Of a stretch of 34,500 nucleotides of DNA, positions 28,007-34,500 are shown piece by piece; position 1 is the stretch's first letter, and each line of letters opens with the position of its first letter. Source of the DNA: a virus (taxonomy: Duplodnaviria; Caudoviricetes); the IMG/VR virus record IMGVR_UViG_3300005517_000020, positions 1 to 34,500 of that record; one strand, 5' to 3'. A program made the position numbers and the translations under genes. The notes under the pieces were generated by a model, which searched no databases, was not told where the DNA came from, and was given only the letters and a program-made list of their open reading frames with translations.

Positions 28007-29418
28007 AACGTAACTAATAAGTGGTGATAGTTCTGCTTACTTGATAAGCTTTTTACAGAGTATCTAAGGCTGTTTAAGCCATCATTTTCAAGAGTACTTC
28101 CTTCTTTAACTTTTTCATAATACCTTAACTGATTTTCACGACTAGCCCAGTTAACCCAGTATCCGTCTTTATATCCATTTTCTTTATGATTTAAAACCGA
28201 GAAAGTACTATACCTACGTGAAGGTATTAGTTGAACATATTCTTGAGGTTGGTACGTTTCTACTAACCCGCAGTTGATTAATTGACCATCTTTATTATTC
28301 CTACTTAAATCTACTAAGGTATTCCCAATAGTATGTCTTCCGTCATAATATACTTCAAGTTCATTACCTGGGCTGTATCTATCAAACTCCTGAGTTAGAC
28401 TGTATCTAGAGTTGTTATTTAAACTCTTTATCTCTTCTGTAGATAATTCTCTACTAAATACTGCAAACTCTGTTATGTATCCGTAAAAGTACTTTTGAAC
28501 CTTTTCTCTCAAAGGATCGCCAACTCCTAGGTACATATATTTTTGATCCCAATATGGGTGTAAGGTATCTTTTATTCCTTTTGTACCTACTTTTTCTCCA
28601 TTAAGATAAAATTCTATCTTTTTAGTTTTAGGGTTTATAGTTACTATACTCTTAGCAGATAGGGGAGGTAAATTTTTTGAGTGGATAGAATGAGGTTCTC
28701 CGTTTTTATCAAAGGTCTCAAACTTATAAGTATTAAATGAATTGTAAGAGAGGTTCAAATCTCGTCCTGGGATAGAATAAACTGCTAGTTCATCTGCAAT
28801 CTCTACAGGGTTTGATTTTATTCTATAAGGTTTAAATGTAGTGTATATTGTTAGAGGTTTCCTAAAATTACAAACGTTTGGTAATCTCACAAAAGAAGAC
28901 TCTCCGTTGAAGTCTAACCCTATACCGTTTACTCCATTTTGTTTATAAAATTTTGTTGCAAGTGGTATACCTTTCTCTCTACATCTAACTAACAAATCAT
29001 TATCCTCAAAACCCCAACCCCAATACTCATTAGAATATCCGTTAACATCTTCGAATTGAGAAATAGGAAATAGAGTAACACCGCCGAAGTATTCATCGGC
29101 TACTGTTCTCTTAACTCCTTCTTCATATACAAATCTATTAGCTAACTGTGTTGGTCTATCTACTGGACTATAGTCTACTTTTATAGGATGCATATCTACA
29201 TCGTGAAAACACACGTAGGTACACTCTAACCTTTTCGCTTTTTGAAATCCTATATTTAATAACTTCCCTCTGTTAAAACTCTTATCAGAATCTTGTTCTA
29301 CGATAATTAGTTCGTAGTTAATACCTTGTGCTAATAAGTAACTAGAAATTTTTAATTTGAAATCATAAAGCTGTTGAGGTCTATCTCTATAAGGTACTAT
29401 AATACCTAGTTTATCCAT
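28003..29418 (-). CDS. GT7 (beta-1,4-galactosyltransferase-like) glycosyltransferase with inserted LamG domain
   Basis: IVPYRDR, FNRGKLLNIGF, FHDVD, YFGGV and NGYSNEYWGWGFEDNDL; LamG-like segment; FSVLNH...DGLNSLRY. Confidence 0.9.
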   Translation of the reverse strand: MDKLGIIVPYRDRPQQLYDFKLKISSYLLAQGINYELIIVEQDSDKSFNRGKLLNIGFQKAKRLECTYVCFHDVDMHPIKVDYSPVDRPTQLANRFVYEEGVKRTVADEYFGGVTLFPISQFEDVNGYSNEYWGWGFEDNDLLVRCREKGIPLATKFYKQNGVNGIGLDFNGESSFVRLPNVCNFRKPLTIYTTFKPYRIKSNPVEIADELAVYSIPGRDLNLSYNSFNTYKFETFDKNGEPHSIHSKNLPPLSAKSIVTINPKTKKIEFYLNGEKVGTKGIKDTLHPYWDQKYMYLGVGDPLREKVQKYFYGYITEFAVFSRELSTEEIKSLNNNSRYSLTQEFDRYSPGNELEVYYDGRHTIGNTLVDLSRNNKDGQLINCGLVETYQPQEYVQLIPSRRYSTFSVLNHKENGYKDGYWVNWASRENQLRYYEKVKEGSTLENDGLNSLRYSVKSLSSKQNYHHLLVTL

Positions 29419-29620
29419 TTATAGTTGGATCTTTTGGTTTCTGAAAGTTATGAAACTCGTTCAAGTAGAACTGGATACGCTCGCTCCAATCATCTTTGTC
29501 AACTTCTTCAAACCAAATAGTTAATGCATCTACTGATGCTGCAATTTTCTCTAGAGCTCTAACCTTTCTTTCTTCTAAAGCGATTAGGTCTAATTCATCT
29601 TGTTTTAGTATTTTACTCAT
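29411..29620 (-). CDS. Small hypothetical protein
   Basis: 69 aa, overlapping both neighbours (4 and 8 nt), consistent with translational coupling. Confidence 0.7.
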   Translation of the reverse strand: MSKILKQDELDLIALEERKVRALEKIAASVDALTIWFEEVDKDDWSERIQFYLNEFHNFQKPKDPTING

Positions 29621-30456
29621 ATTGTAACAATTTTATCTCTTAATAAATTCCATTTAGAATAATCCATATAATCAATATACGAAAAATTATTCAATTTTTC
29701 AACTTTAAATTCAGGATTACATATATCAATTTTCCATCCCCATATTCTAATAGCGTCGTACATAGTCCAGTATTCGTGAGAATAAGCCCATGGCTGGTCT
29801 ATATCAGCTACTTCTTTAATTCTTTCTATACAGGTTGAATCCCATTTAAAATGATGTACTTGAGTAAATACTTCTTCTATTGGGAACCTTCTTCGGTGTG
29901 ACCTTCCCCAGCTATTTGAACCGTCTTTAAAGTCGGCATAGTGTTGTCCGTAAGTTACATCTTGATACCCTTTCATAAGTGTTACCTTATTTGGGCAAGC
30001 ATTTGACATCGGGTATCTAAAAAATCCTGCATATGGAAATGCAGCATGTATATCTGTCTCTCTAGTTACTTCCGGAAAGATACCGTCAGGTCCTATTCTA
30101 TCTAAAAAACCTCCTGTTACGAAATCATAATGGTGTTTTTCACACTCTTTAATTATATCGGGCAGTTCGTAAGGATATACCTGTAACTCATCATCATCTG
30201 CAACTATCCACCAGTCTTTAGGTCTTGTTTGTTTTATAAAATTATACAACTCTGTAACTCTTTCCCAGTTGTATTTTTGATCTGTGATTATAATATAAGG
30301 TTTAATACCTAAGTCTAAAACCTCTTCTAGTATTCCATCATTTTCATCTTGACGGTATACAGCTACAAATATCTTATCTACTTTACCTTCATAGTGTTTT
30401 AACATATGAGGTAGTATGTGGGTGTTACGTCCTACGACTGTTACTAAGTTAAGCAT
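29617..30456 (-). CDS. GT-A fold glycosyltransferase (GT2-like)
   Basis: ILPHMLKHY...VDKIFV, the DxD motif WWIVADDDEL and C-terminal HHFKW. Confidence 0.75.
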   Translation of the reverse strand: MLNLVTVVGRNTHILPHMLKHYEGKVDKIFVAVYRQDENDGILEEVLDLGIKPYIIITDQKYNWERVTELYNFIKQTRPKDWWIVADDDELQVYPYELPDIIKECEKHHYDFVTGGFLDRIGPDGIFPEVTRETDIHAAFPYAGFFRYPMSNACPNKVTLMKGYQDVTYGQHYADFKDGSNSWGRSHRRRFPIEEVFTQVHHFKWDSTCIERIKEVADIDQPWAYSHEYWTMYDAIRIWGWKIDICNPEFKVEKLNNFSYIDYMDYSKWNLLRDKIVTI

Positions 30457-31171
30457 GTTGTATTAATGTTAATCCTGTAGAAGATGGCTTACTTTTTAAA
30501 ATACCTTCATTAAAGAAGTTAAACAGTTTCCATTCCGGTCCTAGTTCTTCTATAAATGTAGAAGGTCCGTCAAACTTATGGTAATCTTTTTTAGCATCTT
30601 CAGAAATAATAAATGCTTTTTCGTATTCTTTATCTGTGTCGTGAATAGCAATAATACCTCGATCTGAAAGTATATTAGAGTATAAATCAAAATCTGTCTT
30701 TACTCCTTCGTATGAATGGTCTCCGTCTATAAAGAGAAAGTCTATTTGAATATCTTGTTTAACAAAAAAGTCATAATAGGCATCGACAGAAGTCGATTTG
30801 ATAAACCTAGGATAAAACGTCTTCCGGAAGAATGATTCTTCATTATCCAAATCGTTAGGACCGCCAATACCGTTACAAGCATCAATAAGATAAGTAGTAC
30901 CAATATCACCCCAATTATAGTCTCCATTTCCTTCAAAAATACCTTGGTTATATAAATCAATTCTGGCTTGTGTCATGATACGGGGGATAAAACCGCTTCC
31001 GCTACCAATACATACACATACCTTTGCTCGCATCATTTGTATGATGCTATATACTAATAAACCGTCTCCTAGATGTTTGTCTGTTGCGCCATGAGTCCAT
31101 CTATATTCTATTGGAGTCCCGTTATTAGTAGTAATTTTTTCTTGTATGAATTTTAAATCTACTATTGACAT
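30449..31171 (-). CDS. Class I SAM-dependent methyltransferase (Methyltransf_24-like)
   Basis: CIGSGSG motif I and IDFLFIDGDHSYEGVKTDF...GIIAIHDT. Confidence 0.88.
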   Translation of the reverse strand: MSIVDLKFIQEKITTNNGTPIEYRWTHGATDKHLGDGLLVYSIIQMMRAKVCVCIGSGSGFIPRIMTQARIDLYNQGIFEGNGDYNWGDIGTTYLIDACNGIGGPNDLDNEESFFRKTFYPRFIKSTSVDAYYDFFVKQDIQIDFLFIDGDHSYEGVKTDFDLYSNILSDRGIIAIHDTDKEYEKAFIISEDAKKDYHKFDGPSTFIEELGPEWKLFNFFNEGILKSKPSSTGLTLIQHA

Positions 31172-32026
31172 TTATAAAACCGTTAGATGCGATAAGTCTA
31201 AGTTAGGCATATTTACGCAATTTTCCAACTCTTTTATTACCTTATCGTAATTCTGGTCACCTTCGTTTTTTATAATCCAAGATTTTAAAGGTCCGTAATG
31301 TTTAAAATATTGCTGAGATTCCTCATAAGTCCAAAGACCGTCTTCATGATCTTCCGCCCACTCCCATGCCTGACAATCCCAATATGTTTTTATTAATCCT
31401 TTTAGTGGTTTCTGTTTTACCTCTAATAAATGTCGTAGAAATAATTGTTCTGCAAAAATTAAATACTGAGGATTAGGAGCTCCTAAAGCTGTTAATTCTT
31501 CCATCATATCTAAACTCATATTAGCATACAGTTTAGTAAATTCCGGATCGGGTAAATGTAAAAATGCTACGCAGAGAGAATCAGTTTTCCATCGAGGACG
31601 GTAACTTAGTTTTTTAATTATTTCATCATACCCAGTTGGGTAGTAACCTCTTCCTTTCTCTAAATTACATACGTATGTTGTATCTTTATCTAAAAGATGT
31701 GTAATTGGTTTGTATACTAAGGTATCGTTATCCATTAGTATAACCGGTTCTGTTTGTTGGGAAAGGACTGCTACTTTACTAGCTGCCCAAAAAACGGTTC
31801 TATCAATGTTTCTCGTATGAGTGTACTCTTCTATACTATCCCATAAATGACCTATAGAGAGACGTTCTAAATAACGTAGGGTCAATTTATCACAGTAGAG
31901 TACGCAGTTGTCTGTGGGGTGGTTCTTCTTCCATAATTGTATGGAAGCAATTAGCATGAGAGTGTTTAGTTTTCCGTAGATACCCTCATCATCTTTAATA
32001 TTTTCTAAAACCCAAATTACTTTCAA
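31172..32026 (-). CDS. Putative GT-A fold nucleotide-sugar transferase (DUF6734-like); TTG start
   Basis: VLYCD, FWAASK...QTEPVILMDND (DxD) and C-terminal YFKHY. First gene of the island, preceded by a promoter motif. Confidence 0.55.
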   Translation of the reverse strand: MKVIWVLENIKDDEGIYGKLNTLMLIASIQLWKKNHPTDNCVLYCDKLTLRYLERLSIGHLWDSIEEYTHTRNIDRTVFWAASKVAVLSQQTEPVILMDNDTLVYKPITHLLDKDTTYVCNLEKGRGYYPTGYDEIIKKLSYRPRWKTDSLCVAFLHLPDPEFTKLYANMSLDMMEELTALGAPNPQYLIFAEQLFLRHLLEVKQKPLKGLIKTYWDCQAWEWAEDHEDGLWTYEESQQYFKHYGPLKSWIIKNEGDQNYDKVIKELENCVNMPNLDLSHLTVL

Positions 32027-32045
32027 AACTAAGTCAATTAATTAT

Positions 32046-32076
32046 TAAATTTACGAACTTTTTTGCATATATCCAA
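32046..32076 (-). promoter_or_regulatory. Bacteroidota-like promoter variant (TTG-N16-TTCG-TAAATTTA) heading the enzyme island
   Basis: Aligned with three other copies; intergenic. Confidence 0.62.
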
Positions 32077-32085
32077 CTACTATGC

Positions 32086-32544
32086 TTATGGACTTATGTG
32101 AGTAGTTGTAAAGTATGCGTAATATACACTGTAGTCTGCATTAGAAGAGTTTGTTATAGTGAATGTAGCTGAGGTTGATATTGCAACACCGCCTGCTCCT
32201 GCAGCTGATCTCCATGCTGAAAATGTCCAAGGGTAGGTAGCGGCTGCTACTATTGTTATATTATATGCGTTTAGAAAAACGTTCTTAACAGTAATAGAAC
32301 TTCCGGTTGCTGATACAGAATATGGTGCAGTTATTGAAACTGTTCCTCCTGTTTGCGGTGTTATTGTTCCTTTAAAAATCGTACTATTTGCTAATTCACT
32401 TGCACTAAAAGGAGATGTATTTGCCGGGAACATATTACCCATTGCGGTAGCTATAGAAGTATTACTGTCTGAAGAAACAGCTGTTGACCATTCATCAAAA
32501 GATCCCCAATTTATATTTGCTCCTGTGTACGTTTTTCTTGACAT
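32086..32544 (-). CDS. Ser/Thr/Ala-rich beta protein, probable tail fibre-associated virion protein
   Basis: 152 aa. The C-terminal GGTV...YPWTFSAW...YYAYF pattern resembles InlB B-repeat-like domains. Downstream of the tail fibre. Confidence 0.55.
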   Translation of the reverse strand: MSRKTYTGANINWGSFDEWSTAVSSDSNTSIATAMGNMFPANTSPFSASELANSTIFKGTITPQTGGTVSITAPYSVSATGSSITVKNVFLNAYNITIVAAATYPWTFSAWRSAAGAGGVAISTSATFTITNSSNADYSVYYAYFTTTHISP

Positions 32545-32545
32545 C

Positions 32546-33097
32546 TTATTTTACTGTTTCGATATTATCTTTAGGAAACCATTTTGCTAACTCACCTTTT
32601 AAAACTTCATAAGTGAATTCTGCTAATCTATTTGAAACGCCGTAATCAATTACTTTTTTTACTTCTTTTTTAACACCTACTTGAACTTGTTTCTCTTCAG
32701 TTATAGTTCTGTAGAGTGTTACCTCTTCTCCATTCTCATCAAAACTAACATAGGGTACTTCTCTTTTTACTATTTTAGCTTCTAATATAGGAATATCTAC
32801 CTCTTCTTCATTTACTGCAAATACATCTAAGTATTGCGGTAAAAATATCTCAGTTTCATCTGAGCTTTCTGATGGGTAGTATATTACTCTATCGTAAATT
32901 AAACCTACCATATTTCTCTGCTCTTCATCCAAAAAAGTCTTTGTGGCTTTTATTGCATGATTTTGATCTACCCAGTATGTAATTTGAAACATTACTGCTG
33001 CAGTAAATTTATTATAACTGATGCTTTCTACTCGAGCATAGACCTCTTGAGAAGGTCCTGCGCTCGTCTCTAGATCGACATTTAAACGTAAACCCAT
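32546..33097 (-). CDS. Hypothetical protein, possibly tail fibre assembly-related
   Basis: 183 aa acidic ORF starting 1 nt after the tail fibre stop. Confidence 0.6.
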   Translation of the reverse strand: MGLRLNVDLETSAGPSQEVYARVESISYNKFTAAVMFQITYWVDQNHAIKATKTFLDEEQRNMVGLIYDRVIYYPSESSDETEIFLPQYLDVFAVNEEEVDIPILEAKIVKREVPYVSFDENGEEVTLYRTITEEKQVQVGVKKEVKKVIDYGVSNRLAEFTYEVLKGELAKWFPKDNIETVK

Positions 33098-33098
33098 T

Positions 33099-34500
33099 TT
33101 ATTTATTTTTTAGTACTTCTATTTCTGCTTTTAGTAATTCAATCTGTATTTGTTGTTCTTTAATTGCTTCAATAAGTACTGCGGTTATGTTACCGTAAGA
33201 TACTCCTAACATACCATCTTCTTGTTCATGTACTACTTGTGGAAGTACTTCTTGAATCTCTTGAGCAATTACCCCTATCTTTTCAGATTTATCTTCTTTA
33301 TCTGTTCTATTATATGTAACTCCTCTTAGCGCTTTTACTTTATCTAAAGCATTTTCAATTGTGTTTATATTCTCTTTTACTCTTTCGTCAGAATAAGCAG
33401 TTATATCTCCTGTTGCTGTTATACTACCTCCAGCAGCTAATGTAATCGCAACACCACCTGTTCTATTTCCTGCGTGGACTCGAACACCTCCGGTAAATCT
33501 CATTGCGCAGAAAGAATCATTTAAGTCTACGATATCTCCATCATCTGCTAATATAATACCGCCGGCGCTTGAGTTACCGCTAGATACAGTTAAGTTACCT
33601 GTAAGGCTTAAAGATGTAGCTGAAGATGTAATATATCCTGAGTTGTTAGTCCATTGTGATATGTTACCGCCTTTATTAGTTAAAGTGTCTGAAGAACTTG
33701 CTGTAATATATCCTGCACCGTTTGATATTTGGTTATTATTTGTTACGTTAGTAGCTCCAGATGCAATACCATCTAATTTATCTCTACGAGTTGTAGTAAA
33801 GTTTACAGCTGTTAAACCTCCGTCACCTACTGAGTAGGTTGTATTAGTATCTGTTACTGTTTCTGTACCAGTCTCGTATCCTGTTACGTGACCGTAAGTA
33901 TCAAAAGTTAAAGCTGATACATATCGTCTACTAGATGTAGTTAAGTTTGTAACAGATGAAGTATCTGAGTGACTAATAGTTACTGCCCCTGTAGCTCCTG
34001 ATACTGTAATACCACTTCCTGCTACGTTTGAAGTAACACCTGCGTTAGTTAAAGTTACTGTACCTCCTAATGATGCTGCTCCACCGCCACTCATACCTGT
34101 TCCTGCCGTAACAGTAATGGATGAGTTAGCTAATTTAGCATTTGCTACTGAAGCATCTACTAATTGAGAACCATTTATTGTTTTATTTGTTAATGTCTGA
34201 GTTCCTGATAAAGTTACTACTGAGCTATCGATACTAAAGGCTGTGCTTGTTAACGTTAAACCTGTAGAAGCTGTATATGTTGTGTTTGTGTCTGTAGACG
34301 CAATTGTAAAGTTAGGATATGTTCCTGAAATGCTTACATTTGAACCTGCAGTTAATACTACTGTTTGGTCAGGAGCAGAGTTTGTAATCGTAGGTGTAGC
34401 TCCTTCTGCTGCTGCCCCAACTGTAATTCCTGTACCTGCTACTAAAGATGCTACATAGTTACCAGATGTTCTAGTTCCTAATGCGATATCACCCGTTGTA
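33099..34500 (-). CDS. Tail fibre/spike protein with C-terminal intramolecular chaperone (peptidase S74-type); 5' end outside the window
   Basis: The frame stays open from 34499 through the annotated Met at 34094 (…TDTNTTYTASTGLTL…TQTLTNKTING…). T/S/G-rich fibre repeats, and C-terminal YSDERVKENI...LRGVTY...GVIAQE...LIEAIKE coiled coil. Confidence 0.9.
   Translation of the reverse strand, partial: TTGDIALGTRTSGNYVASLVAGTGITVGAAAEGATPTITNSAPDQTVVLTAGSNVSISGTYPNFTIASTDTNTTYTASTGLTLTSTAFSIDSSVVTLSGTQTLTNKTINGSQLVDASVANAKLANSSITVTAGTGMSGGGAASLGGTVTLTNAGVTSNVAGSGITVSGATGAVTISHSDTSSVTNLTTSSRRYVSALTFDTYGHVTGYETGTETVTDTNTTYSVGDGGLTAVNFTTTRRDKLDGIASGATNVTNNNQISNGAGYITASSSDTLTNKGGNISQWTNNSGYITSSATSLSLTGNLTVSSGNSSAGGIILADDGDIVDLNDSFCAMRFTGGVRVHAGNRTGGVAITLAAGGSITATGDITAYSDERVKENINTIENALDKVKALRGVTYNRTDKEDKSEKIGVIAQEIQEVLPQVVHEQEDGMLGVSYGNITAVLIEAIKEQQIQIELLKAEIEVLKNK

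Noticed and set aside
30742-30960. Nested minus-strand 72-aa hydrophobic ORF (holin/spanin-like look)
   Set aside because: Out of frame inside the methyltransferase, with no lipobox or lysis context; likely chance.
33099-34094. ORF-track start of the tail fibre at 34094
   Set aside because: The frame is open to the window edge, so this Met is internal.
1737-34458. Other short plus-strand ORFs (1737, 7509, 13562, 19032, 23665, 23978, 25657, 33643, 34243)
   Set aside because: All overlap well-supported minus-strand genes in an otherwise single-strand gene block.
1-34500. Stop-codon reassignment as in some Bacteroidota phages
   Set aside because: Genes are full length under the standard code, and TAG and TGA end genes cleanly next to downstream starts (e.g. 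4339, 17803, 23031).
1-34500. CRISPR arrays, tRNA/rRNA genes, integrase or transposase
   Set aside because: None seen by eye; intergenic gaps are short (largest about 130 nt).

Overview
This AT-rich window is part of a large contractile-tailed (myovirus-type) phage genome. The host is probably Bacteroidota, inferred from Bacteroidota-type promoters and A-rich leaders without Shine-Dalgarno sites. All supported genes lie on the minus strand. In transcription order (right to left) they are: the 3' part of a tail fibre with a peptidase-S74-type chaperone and two small virion-type genes; a ~15 kb, tightly coupled enzyme island (five to six glycosyltransferase-like proteins, two of them GT7 enzymes split by an inserted LamG domain, three radical SAM enzymes with N-terminal Twitch/SPASM-type Cys domains, a SAM methyltransferase, an SGNH esterase, a stand-alone degenerate Hint domain and UDP-glucose dehydrogenase); tail sheath, tail tube, a tail chaperone with a probable +1 frameshift extension, tape measure and baseplate genes; then a short thumb-deficient PolA-like gene, a gp32-like SSB and RecA/UvsX. 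The best candidate for an undescribed system is the glycosylation/radical-SAM island between tail fibre and sheath, possibly a virion glycan-building and tailoring pathway. All product calls come from motif recognition by eye; no database searches were run.
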